Positions 7,514 to 14,642 are shown, numbered from the stretch's first letter. The stretch is DNA of 14,642 nt from a bacterium (GCA_027296025.1 JAPUJU010000167.1:1-14642), one strand, 5' to 3'. Made by a program: numbers and translations. The notes: generated by a model not told the origin, from the sequence alone.

Positions 7514-8685
7514 GACTCGCGAACTTCAATAGGGCTTTCGGCATCCGGCGCAGTTGAAGGTCGACGCCGGATTCTCACCAGCCCATAGAACGACAGCAGG
7601 ATCACTACCGACTCCACCGGGACACGCGCCCGCGTACCCCCGCCCGTGACTACATGAATCAGAAAATAGAATGCCAGCGTCGCGCTCAGGATCAGCGCCG
7701 TCCGGTTACGGGTCAGTATCGCGAACACGATCCCGAGCAAAAGGAAGGGCATGAGAAGGCCGTAGGAAACGATCGTCGCTACGTTATGACGAGCCGACCA
7801 CGGCGGTTCCATGCGAACGCCCGACACAGTGTCGGACGGATCCTGAATGCTTGACCCACGGAGCCGCGCGAAGCGCCAGACCTCCACCGAGTTCCTGATC
7901 CGGCGCTCGGTTCGCGTCTCGCGGACGAGAGGATTGGCGTCACCGGAAGTGCCTCCGCCGGATCCCCGGACGGGACGCAGATACCGCTGTGCCTCGAGGG
8001 CCACCGGCATGGGTGCTCCGTAGACGATGTTGTTGCGAATGGCCCACGGAACTGTAATGACTATGAGCGTCGCGATGAACAAGAAGAGATACTGAACGTT
8101 GAGCAAGCGACTCCGCGATTTGAACATGATCGTAACGAGGAAAACTGGAAGGAGAAGAATAAACTGCGGGTCGACGTGAATCAGTGCCGCGCAGGTTACG
8201 CCCGAAAAGGTGCTGAACCTCATGCTGCGGAAGGGGCGTGACAGCAGGAAGAGCAGGATCACGAGCAAGAGAACGGAAAGAATGTCCCTGTGGAACACCA
8301 CCGAGAAGTGTAGCTGGTGGACAGAAGTTGCCATCCACACACCAGCAACGAGACCGATCTTGTCTCCGACAAGACGGCGCGCGATCAGGTACAAAAAGAC
8401 GACCGCCAGCGCGCCCAACGACGCGTGCAGAAACGTGAGCAGCCAGATCTGCCGGAGCGCTATCAAATCAAGCAGAGCAAGGACGACGTGATAGCCGGGT
8501 GCCTGCGGTGAGTACGCCGTGCGAATCCAGCTCGTGCTCGAGGCAATGTTCCTGGCCAGCACGAGCTCGTGGGTGATTGGATTCGGGTTTACGTTTGGAC
8601 TGGAGCCGACGGTTGCGGTGTACGCTATCCGCAGGCCAAGGGCGAGGGCGAACAAGGCGAGTATGATTCGGCGCTCTTGCGTCAT
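7510..8685 (-). CDS. Polytopic GT-C superfamily glycosyltransferase (GT39/PMT_2/ArnT-like; lipid-linked sugar to acceptor transferase), 391 aa
   Basis: At least 9 predicted TM helices. The first extracytoplasmic loop carries HELVLARNIA where ArnT/PMT enzymes have the DE motif (variant H-E). The 391-aa length is short for ArnT (usually about 550 aa). No clear SD precedes the ATG at 8685. Confidence 0.65.
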   Translation of the reverse strand: MTQERRIILALFALALGLRIAYTATVGSSPNVNPNPITHELVLARNIASSTSWIRTAYSPQAPGYHVVLALLDLIALRQIWLLTFLHASLGALAVVFLYLIARRLVGDKIGLVAGVWMATSVHQLHFSVVFHRDILSVLLLVILLFLLSRPFRSMRFSTFSGVTCAALIHVDPQFILLLPVFLVTIMFKSRSRLLNVQYLFLFIATLIVITVPWAIRNNIVYGAPMPVALEAQRYLRPVRGSGGGTSGDANPLVRETRTERRIRNSVEVWRFARLRGSSIQDPSDTVSGVRMEPPWSARHNVATIVSYGLLMPFLLLGIVFAILTRNRTALILSATLAFYFLIHVVTGGGTRARVPVESVVILLSFYGLVRIRRRPSTAPDAESPIEVRES

Positions 8686-8799
8686 GCGACGATGTACTTT
8701 CTAAGTCGGGGCTGCCCTTGTGCCCACAAAACCCTATTATGGATGGAGATACAGAGATGTGTCAAATGAAACCGTCTACGACCCCTCTCGTAAGGCGTA

Positions 8800-8828
8800 T
8801 TGCCGCTTCGGGTTATGTATGGTATCAT
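8800..8828 (+). promoter_or_regulatory. Candidate promoter in the divergent region: TTGCCG (8800-8805), 17-nt spacer, TGgTATCAT extended -10 (8820-8828), oriented toward the oxidoreductase remnant and aminotransferase
   Basis: Hexamers and spacing read directly. The region 8686-8960 is noticeably more AT-rich than the flanking DNA. Confidence 0.25.
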
Positions 8829-8959
8829 TATCAACTGTCAGGGTAGCCTCTTTCATTATCCTACCCGGAAAATTCGGCATGAGTGCTAGAGAGTTTGAGT
8901 CCCCCTACCCCGGGGGGATCCGTATTTGTTCCGTTTTCTCCACTGAGGTACAGAACCAC

Positions 8960-9046
8960 ATGGTAAATGTCTCCGTGATTGGAGCCGGCTACCGGGCCCC
9001 CAATCTCATCCGAAACCTCGTGTCCCTGGAACACGTGTGCGTTGTC
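8960..9046 (+). pseudogene. Remnant (N-terminal roughly 29 codons only) of a Gfo/Idh/MocA-family NAD(P)-dependent sugar oxidoreductase (WbpB/UDP-GlcNAc(A) 3-dehydrogenase-like)
   Basis: ATG at 8960 is preceded by GAGG. Its translation, MVNVSVIGAGYRAPNLIRNLVSLEHVCVV, matches the characteristic N-terminal Rossmann segment of Gfo/Idh/MocA enzymes (consensus V-IG-GYWGPNL-RN), with W changed to R and G changed to A in the GYWGPN core. Similarity ends after about 29 residues. The frame runs into low-complexity sequence and stops at 9094, right at the aminotransferase start. Confidence 0.45.
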
Positions 9047-9090
9047 GAGCGGCGAGCGCGCCGTTCAACGAGAAGGAAGAGCCGGACAAG

Positions 9091-10191
9091 ATGAGAATAC
9101 CGTTCGTAGATTTGAAAGCCCAGTACGCGACCATCAAGGGCGAAATCGACGAAACCATCAACGCCGTTGTCGAGAGTACTCAGTTCATCGGCGGAGAGAG
9201 GCTCGCAACGTTTGAGAAGAATTTTGCGGATTATACGGAGGCAAGGTACGGAGTCGGGTGCAGCAGCGGGACTTCTGCGATTCACCTCGCGCTTTGCGCG
9301 CTGGGTATAGGAAAGGGCGACGAGGTCATTACGGCCTGCAACACGTTCATCGCGACAACCGAGGGAATCACGCACTCGGGCGCGAAAACAGTTTTTGTCG
9401 ACGTGATCGATGACACTCAGAACATCGATCCCGAGCGCATCGAAGCGGCGATTACCCCCCGGACCCGGGCGATTATCCCGGTGCATCTGTACGGGCAGCC
9501 AGCGCTGATGGACCCAATTCGCGACATCGCCTCGCGCCATGGATTAAAAATCATTGCTGACGCTGCGCAATCCCACGGCGCCGAGTACAAGGGCAGCCGA
9601 AGGGAAACCCTGGGCGATATCACGACGTACAGTTTTTATCCGGGCAAGAACCTTGGTGCCTATGGTGACGCGGGAATGGTTATGACAGACGACTCCGAGC
9701 TCGCCGACCGGATGCGCCTGCTGGCGAACCACGGCCGCTACGACAAGTACTCGCATATCGAAGAGGGCTACAACTACAGGTTGGATACGCTTCAGGCCGC
9801 GATTCTCGATGTGAAGCTTCGCCACCTCGATCGGTGGACGGAAAAAAGACGGAGCCACGCGGTCCGATATGCGGAGGCGTTCACCGATGAGAGCATCCGT
9901 CCGGTTCAGGAGAACCCGCACTGTAAGTCGGTCTATCACCTCTACGTTGTGCGTCTCACCGACCGTGACCGCGCGATGGAGGCGCTCGGGTCAAGAAGCA
10001 TCGCGACAGGTGTCCATTACCCGGTACCGCTCCACCTGCAGAAAGCATACGAATATCTCGGATACTCGGAAGGTGCGTTTCCGAATGCCGAGAAGGCCAC
10101 CAGAGAAATTCTATCCCTTCCGATGTTTGCGGAGTTGACCAATGAGATGGTTGACGAGGTCATTACCGCGCTCAAGGAAGCGGTGGGCTAA
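9091..10191 (+). CDS. DegT/DnrJ/EryC1/StrS-family PLP-dependent sugar aminotransferase (ArnB/WecE/PglE/WbpE-like), 366 aa
   Basis: Real start is the ATG at 9091 (MRIPFVDLKAQY), with AAGGAAG (9073-9079) upstream. The track ORF starting at 9037 is an N-terminal over-extension. The PLP-lysine motif YSFYPGKNLGAYGDAGMV and an overall DegT-like sequence are present. Confidence 0.88.
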   Translation: MRIPFVDLKAQYATIKGEIDETINAVVESTQFIGGERLATFEKNFADYTEARYGVGCSSGTSAIHLALCALGIGKGDEVITACNTFIATTEGITHSGAKTVFVDVIDDTQNIDPERIEAAITPRTRAIIPVHLYGQPALMDPIRDIASRHGLKIIADAAQSHGAEYKGSRRETLGDITTYSFYPGKNLGAYGDAGMVMTDDSELADRMRLLANHGRYDKYSHIEEGYNYRLDTLQAAILDVKLRHLDRWTEKRRSHAVRYAEAFTDESIRPVQENPHCKSVYHLYVVRLTDRDRAMEALGSRSIATGVHYPVPLHLQKAYEYLGYSEGAFPNAEKATREILSLPMFAELTNEMVDEVITALKEAVG

Positions 10192-10213
10192 GGGCCGCCG
10201 CCAGCGCCAAACC

Positions 10214-13162
10214 CTATCGCTTGGGCAGGCCTTTGCTGCCCCATACGCCTGTAAGGCTCCATATGAAACGGTACTGCGTTTTTACCGTCTCACCATTGAC
10301 CGCTGGCTGGCTTACGTAGATCGGAAACTCGAAGCGCGAGTAGAAATCCCAGAACGGAACCATTTTGTGCCAGGTGAATCCGAACCCGGCGTCCGCAAGC
10401 GTCGCATCGAGTATCCCGTTGTCGACGAGATTCTGGATGCGCTGGCTGCCGGGAATGGGATTCGAGTTGTCGAAGATCCAGCCGACGTCGGCAAATATCT
10501 GCAAATTCACCGAGCCGAGCAGCTTCTTGGGATCGTTCATGATGAACGGAAAGCGCCGACCGAGCTTCGCGTTGAATGTGATAAGCCGGTTCACACCGAA
10601 TGATCCGGTGTTGTAACCGCGAAGGTTCCCGTGTCCGGGCTCGTGATATTTCGCGCCGTTCCAGATAGCGCCGGGGCTTCTCAACCAGAAACGCAGGTCC
10701 TGCGCGAGGGAACCGCCGTTGCCGATGTAGTACTTACGCTGGCGTGGCGCGTCGGGGTCGCCCCAGCCGAGGAACATTCGCAGTCCCACCTGTAGTGGGA
10801 TAATGTCCTGCCGGGTCTCGCCGCTGAAGTCGGTCCAGAACGTCGCATACTGAAACTTCCCGCCGAACCACGGACTGCCAAAACGGAAACCGGTCCGAAG
10901 ATCCGTTGCCATGAAATCGAGCTGCGGATTTGCGCGGTACCAGATGAACGGCATGAACTCGGTGCCACGCTGATACGTTTCCGGGTTTTCGATATACGCC
11001 ATGTTGGTCAGCTCGTGCCAGTTGAGACCGAACCTGACGTCATGGCTCGGCGGCACGAGCAAGTGCCGGCGAATCCGGTACGCCATCTCCAGCGTCACAT
11101 CGTTTCGGCCCTCCATTTTGTAGCCGCCGACTTTCCAGAAACCGTTATTACCCAGGATCTTCTTGTGCTTAACGTACGAAGCCGAAAAGTCCAGCCTCCT
11201 GCTATCCCATCCGTAGTAGAGCGCAAAAGACGTTCGCGCCATCCAGCCCGCGTAGCTTCCCTTGACATGGATTCCCGTTTTGGCGCCGTCTACGTCGTTG
11301 TACCAGAGGGTCGGGTGCCAGCCGATCCGGTATGCGTCCTCGGGGTAGTAATTGTTGTTTGGCCAGTTGATATGGACTCTCTTGCGGCGCGGAATGAAGT
11401 TGTCTTCGAGCTTTATATCCATGATCTCATTGTTCGAGTTGAGCGCGACCTTCTTTGGCCGCTCGGGAAATTCGAATGTCTCGCGAATGGTTCGCAACCT
11501 GCCCTCGACCCGCGCTGTCTGCCGGGTTCCATCCTCAAACTCGAACTCGAGCTGAACCGGCATGATCATTTCACCGGTCCGTTCGATCCTAACCTCAGTT
11601 ATGTATCCGTCGCCCCGCTCGCTGGGCCGCGTATCGACGGCCGCGAGCTCGTAGTCCGAGATCTTCGTCGTGTGAAGCCATTGCTCGAAGAACAGGTCCA
11701 GGTCCATTCCACTGACTTCCTCGCAGACCGCCTGGAACCGCTCCTCGTTCACATGTTTGAGCTGCCACTGCGTGTAGTACTCCCGAAGAATTCGTTCAAA
11801 CGTATCTTCCCCGACCGTGTACTTCAGGGCGAAGAACATAAGCGCCGCTTTGCGATACACGTGCGTATAATAGTCGTTCTCGAAAAGCTCTGACCGCGTC
11901 GCGATTCGTTCGCCGTAGCCCCGGCGCTGGAGCCAGAACACGCGGCGCCGCAACTTGCCAAGCTCCGAATAGTGCGGCGTGAACTTCTGATACCAGTTGA
12001 GCCCACCCGGAATACCGTCTTCCCCGTGTTTGCTCATCTCGTACCATTTCGTCTGAAACGTCGTGAACCCCACGTCGAGCCAGGCTTCATTGCGTTCGTC
12101 GTTCGCCAGAATTCCGTAGAAGTAGATGTGACCGATCTCGTGAACCACCAGGGCCTCGTCGACACGTCCGTCCATGACGAGCATCGGGGACTCCAAGCCG
12201 CCGGAAAGAAGCCCCTCAACGACACTGACCTGTGGATACGGGTAGGGCCCAACCTTGTCTTCCAGCCATACGAGCGAGCGCACGGCATGTGCGAGTGTCG
12301 AATCTTTCCACGCGTCGTTGCCACGGCGGTAAAAACTGCGCACCTCGATGTCTCGCACCGTCGTGGACTGCATCACGAACTTGGGATCCGCGCACCACGC
12401 AAAGTCGTGCACGTTTTCTGCATGGAAATGGACGGTCTTGTGAGGCTTCCCGCGTTGAGCGCTGCTCTTCCTCGAGCCGTCGACGGAGTTCAGGTCCCAG
12501 CCGGCGTCCCCGGATTGGAGTACGCCCGTTGCCACCACGACGTAGTGCTCGGGGACGTCGATGTAAACGTCGAATACGCCGAACTCGCCGTAAAACTCGC
12601 CTGTCATGAACAGGTCCGGGTGCCACCCTTTTTCATCGTAGACCACGACTTTCGGGTACCACTGTGCCATGTCGTAGTGGTCACCGTCGTAGCCGGAACG
12701 TCCGAGATGCCTGCGAATTTTCGACTCGAACTCCAGAGATATCTCCATCGTCCCACCGGGCAGCAGCGGACGGGGGAGGTCCATCTGCGTGATCGTGTCG
12801 TGGCTTCGCGCGTTTACGACCTGCCCGTCGATTTTCACGTTCGAAATGTCGAGGTAGCCCCGATACTTGCCCGGCAGGTCGACGAGATTGATATTGAACC
12901 GCCGCCGGTAATCGCGCATGAACGCCGTGTTCTTAGAGCGGTACGCGTTGGGATAGAGGTGAAGATAGAACTGGGTCAGCGTATCAGGCGAGTTGTTTGT
13001 ATAGGAGATCGTTTCGGTACCGGTGAGCATGTGATTCCCGGTATCGAGACTCGTGCGAATCGTGTAGTAGACGAACTGCTGCCAGTAGTCGTCCTGTGCG
13101 ATCGAGCGTTCCGGGGACAGAATCGCGACCGCGACGAAAAGCAAAATCAAAGCCCGCGTCAT
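10214..13162 (-). CDS. Large secreted protein: M1-like gluzincin metallopeptidase domain (N-terminal about 500 aa) fused to a roughly 430-aa C-terminal predicted outer-membrane beta-barrel
   Basis: Signal peptide MTRALILLFVAVAILSPERSIA. The ATG at 13162 has a purine-rich GGGAAAGAGTGAG upstream. The track's longer start at 13189 (adding MVRHPGKSE) has no SD and directly abuts a hairpin. Zinc motif HEIGHIYFYG, glutamate ligand in NEAWLDVGFTTF, and a degenerate GAMEN-like GGLESP upstream. The C-terminal part is rich in amphipathic beta-strand patterns with aromatic girdles (IIPLQVGLRMFLGW, VNLQIFADVGWIFD, GFGFTWHK, TQYRFIWSLTGVWG). Confidence 0.8.
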   Translation of the reverse strand: MTRALILLFVAVAILSPERSIAQDDYWQQFVYYTIRTSLDTGNHMLTGTETISYTNNSPDTLTQFYLHLYPNAYRSKNTAFMRDYRRRFNINLVDLPGKYRGYLDISNVKIDGQVVNARSHDTITQMDLPRPLLPGGTMEISLEFESKIRRHLGRSGYDGDHYDMAQWYPKVVVYDEKGWHPDLFMTGEFYGEFGVFDVYIDVPEHYVVVATGVLQSGDAGWDLNSVDGSRKSSAQRGKPHKTVHFHAENVHDFAWCADPKFVMQSTTVRDIEVRSFYRRGNDAWKDSTLAHAVRSLVWLEDKVGPYPYPQVSVVEGLLSGGLESPMLVMDGRVDEALVVHEIGHIYFYGILANDERNEAWLDVGFTTFQTKWYEMSKHGEDGIPGGLNWYQKFTPHYSELGKLRRRVFWLQRRGYGERIATRSELFENDYYTHVYRKAALMFFALKYTVGEDTFERILREYYTQWQLKHVNEERFQAVCEEVSGMDLDLFFEQWLHTTKISDYELAAVDTRPSERGDGYITEVRIERTGEMIMPVQLEFEFEDGTRQTARVEGRLRTIRETFEFPERPKKVALNSNNEIMDIKLEDNFIPRRKRVHINWPNNNYYPEDAYRIGWHPTLWYNDVDGAKTGIHVKGSYAGWMARTSFALYYGWDSRRLDFSASYVKHKKILGNNGFWKVGGYKMEGRNDVTLEMAYRIRRHLLVPPSHDVRFGLNWHELTNMAYIENPETYQRGTEFMPFIWYRANPQLDFMATDLRTGFRFGSPWFGGKFQYATFWTDFSGETRQDIIPLQVGLRMFLGWGDPDAPRQRKYYIGNGGSLAQDLRFWLRSPGAIWNGAKYHEPGHGNLRGYNTGSFGVNRLITFNAKLGRRFPFIMNDPKKLLGSVNLQIFADVGWIFDNSNPIPGSQRIQNLVDNGILDATLADAGFGFTWHKMVPFWDFYSRFEFPIYVSQPAVNGETVKTQYRFIWSLTGVWGSKGLPKR

Positions 13163-13200
13163 CTCACTCTTTCCCGGATGCCTCACCATTCAGTGTATCG

Positions 13201-13228
13201 AAAAGCCGGTCGAACGTGCCCGGCTTTT
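13201..13228 (-). promoter_or_regulatory. Stable hairpin (AAAAGCCGG / CCGGCTTTT, 9-bp stem, 10-nt loop) flanked by A and T runs, located 12-39 nt upstream of the peptidase/barrel gene start; possible leader or attenuator structure
   Basis: Inverted repeat read directly: 13201-13209 pairs with 13220-13228. On the minus strand it is followed by UUUUCG. Confidence 0.2.
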
Positions 13229-13404
13229 AAACCTTGCTGCAAATACTCGACATGCCGCAGTAAATCGGCGGCACGAGAAGCCTAAAGTAACACGAATAGT
13301 AATCGCCTTCCAGATTTTCCGACGCTCTGATATGGAGACCCGGGGCGTACGATTTCAAGGCTGCGCATGGATTTAGAGGATCGGCCAGTGCGTCGGGCCA
13401 TAGG

Positions 13405-13510
13405 CCTCGATGTCATGTTTCGACCGATTGCGACACTGGGGAGCCGCACCTTGCCCGCCTCGATTTCATGTTTCCGATCGCAACACTGGAGAGCCACGGC
13501 TGCTCCGCCC
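13405..13510. repeat. Imperfect tandem direct duplication, 2 x about 53 bp, roughly 80% identity
   Basis: Copy 1 is cctcgatgtcatgtttcgaccgattgcgacactggggagccgcaccttgcccg (13405-13457). Copy 2 is cctcgatttcatgtttccgatcgcaacactggagagccacggctgctccgcc (13458-13510). Copy 2 contains the near-palindrome TTCCGATCGCAA. The repeat sits immediately upstream of the candidate -35 of the ASST-like gene. Confidence 0.55.
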
Positions 13511-13522
13511 CCAATCTTTTCG

Positions 13523-13551
13523 GTGAAAGAAGCGCGTCTATGACGTATAAT
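13523..13551 (+). promoter_or_regulatory. Candidate sigma70 promoter for the ASST-like gene: GTGAAA (13523-13528), 17-nt spacer, consensus TATAAT (13546-13551)
   Basis: A perfect -10 hexamer lies about 40 nt upstream of the ATG at 13592. AGGAAA (13574-13579) is a possible SD. Confidence 0.35.
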
Positions 13552-13591
13552 TGTGGTGTTTCAGTATGCAGATAGGAAATAAGATCCGACA

Positions 13592-14642
13592 ATGACCTTC
13601 AACCGATCCTTACAACAAGTCCCGAACTTAGTTTGCCTGGTCGTCCTTCTGATGATGGGCGGATGTTCCGGTGGTAGCGGGCAAGTTCTCGAGCTCGAGC
13701 TGCTGACAATTCTTGGTGATGTGCAGGACGATCCGACCGCCGTTCAGGGACGCTGGCGCGTTGCCGGTACAGGAGAAAAGCCGGAGCCGATGACGCAGGA
13801 GGAGGCGGACAAGATCAACGAGATGATGTCGCTTCCATATCTGCAGGGATCACGCGAGGCGCCGGACGTCGTCGATGTGACGATTCACGATCCGGACAAA
13901 GCGTACCAGGGCGTCAATCTGTACAACTCAGGAAACGCACCCGCAGCATATGCGATCGATATGGATGGAAAGCTGCTGCACACGTGGCAGTATCGCGTCG
14001 AAGACGTGTGGCCGGACGTGCCGGCCACGATTCACTCCACGTTCTGGCGTCGCGTCCACTGGTATGCCAATGGAAACATCCTCGCGATTTTCGAAGGTAT
14101 CGGCCTGCTGAAGCTCGACATGGACTCCAAGCTCTTGTGGTCGTTCAAGGGTGGATGCCATCACCAGGCCTACGTGCTTCCTTCCGGTGATATCTACGTG
14201 CTGACGCGCCGCGCCGGCGTGCTCCCGAGGATCAATCCGGAGCGCCCGGTACTCGTCGACTGGATCACGATTCTCAACCGTGATGGAAGCGTGCAGCGAG
14301 AGATCTCAATTTTGGAATGTTTCGAAAACTCGAAGTACAAGACAATGTTAGACGGCCTGAGAAAGCGGGGCGATATTTTTCACGCCAATTCGATTCTCGT
14401 CCTGGACAGCCGGGCGACCGGTGTCTTTTCCGTGCTCCGGAAGGGAAACCTCATGATCTCGCTGCTAAAACTCGATGCCGTTATTGTCATCGATCCGAGA
14501 GAGGAAAAGGTCTTGTGGGTAGTGTCCGGGCAGCGGAACAAATACTGGAAGCGCCAGCACGACCCGCGAATGCTGCCGAATTCTGACATGCTGCTCTTTG
14601 ATAATATCGGCAAGCAGGGCAAGTCGAAAGTCCTTCAGTACA
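13592..14642 (+). CDS. Lipoprotein with arylsulfotransferase (ASST)-like beta-propeller motifs; partial, continues beyond the right edge
   Basis: ATG at 13592. My own translation shows no stop through 14642. The N-terminus MTFNRSLQQVPNLVCLVVLLMMGGCSGGSG is a lipoprotein-type signal with Cys. The conserved His-containing segments GGCHHQAYVLPSGDIYVLTR, DIFHANSILVLD and DMLLFDNIGK resemble the ASST family. The family assignment is tentative; the CDS call itself is solid. Confidence 0.7.
   Translation, partial: MTFNRSLQQVPNLVCLVVLLMMGGCSGGSGQVLELELLTILGDVQDDPTAVQGRWRVAGTGEKPEPMTQEEADKINEMMSLPYLQGSREAPDVVDVTIHDPDKAYQGVNLYNSGNAPAAYAIDMDGKLLHTWQYRVEDVWPDVPATIHSTFWRRVHWYANGNILAIFEGIGLLKLDMDSKLLWSFKGGCHHQAYVLPSGDIYVLTRRAGVLPRINPERPVLVDWITILNRDGSVQREISILECFENSKYKTMLDGLRKRGDIFHANSILVLDSRATGVFSVLRKGNLMISLLKLDAVIVIDPREEKVLWVVSGQRNKYWKRQHDPRMLPNSDMLLFDNIGKQGKSKVLQY

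Noticed and set aside
7543-7572. 8-bp inverted repeat (ATCCGGCG...CGCCGGAT) just downstream of the gpmI stop
   Set aside because: It lies inside the C-terminal coding region of the convergent GT-C gene and has no U-tract, so it is not a canonical intrinsic terminator.
8738-8845. 35-codon ORF (MDGDTEMCQMKPSTTPLVRRIAASGYVWYHYQLSG) in the AT-rich divergent region
   Set aside because: No SD, no recognisable motif, and it overlaps the candidate promoter. There is nothing to support it as a gene.
9037-9090. N-terminal 18-aa extension (MRCRAASAPFNEKEEPDK) of the aminotransferase ORF
   Set aside because: DegT-family proteins begin at M-x-IPF. The ATG at 9091 has an SD, whereas the extension is the tail of the oxidoreductase-remnant frame.
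10223-10241. GGGCAG-N7-CTGCCC hairpin between the aminotransferase and peptidase genes
   Set aside because: It falls within the last codons of the peptidase gene and has no flanking T-run on either strand, so it is probably coincidental.
1-14642. Search for tRNA, rRNA, CRISPR repeats, IS elements or integrases
   Set aside because: No T-loop (GGTTCGAATCC-type) motifs outside coding context, no regularly spaced direct repeats apart from the single 53-bp duplication, and no transposase or recombinase-like translations were seen.

Overview
This is a high-GC (roughly 60%), tightly packed bacterial chromosomal segment with 10 protein-coding genes plus one gene remnant on both strands. I recognised no rRNA, tRNA, CRISPR array, transposase or integrase. 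Several genes have clear Shine-Dalgarno sites (AGGAG, AAGGGGGA), so the host uses SD-led initiation. Two convergent gene pairs overlap their stop codons inside a CTAG tetranucleotide, and one co-directional pair overlaps start on stop (ATGA). From left to right the window holds: (1) a secreted M1-family zinc aminopeptidase (GGMEN, HELAH and an 18-residue-downstream E in WLNEGFA) on the minus strand, running off the left edge; (2) an 83-aa very hydrophobic membrane protein; (3) a minus-strand rmlD (dTDP-4-dehydrorhamnose reductase) translationally coupled to a GT2 glycosyltransferase; (4) a plus-strand operon of an unusual tripartite protein (N-terminal TM helix, SPFH/band-7 domain, type-I phosphodiesterase/nucleotide-pyrophosphatase (alkaline-phosphatase superfamily) domain, four C-terminal TPR repeats), followed 26 bp later by gpmI (2,3-bisphosphoglycerate-independent phosphoglycerate mutase); (5) a minus-strand polytopic GT-C (GT39/ArnT/PMT-like) glycosyltransferase; (6) a roughly 400-bp divergent intergenic region carrying a 29-codon N-terminal remnant of a Gfo/Idh/MocA sugar oxidoreductase directly upstream of (7) a DegT/DnrJ/EryC1/StrS PLP-dependent sugar aminotransferase; (8) a 991-aa secreted protein with an M1-like gluzincin domain (GGLES, HEIGH, EAWLDVGF) fused to a roughly 430-aa C-terminal region with strong alternating-hydrophobic beta-strand periodicity, which I read as an outer-membrane beta-barrel; (9) an intergenic region with a roughly 53-bp imperfect tandem duplication upstream of a TATAAT promoter; (10) a partial lipoprotein with arylsulfotransferase (ASST)-like motifs, running off the right edge. 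The locus looks like a cell-envelope glycan and surface-enzyme neighbourhood (rhamnose, amino-sugar, GT2, GT-C) interleaved with a glycolytic gene and secreted hydrolases. The features most worth follow-up are the SPFH-phosphodiesterase-TPR fusion, the peptidase plus beta-barrel fusion, the decayed oxidoreductase remnant and the tandem-repeat regulatory region. The long antisense ORFs in the track (4380..5732, 5825..6982, 11015..11893, 11972..13285 and others) are shadow ORFs typical of high-GC DNA. All calls come from reading the sequence and motif recognition; no database search was possible.
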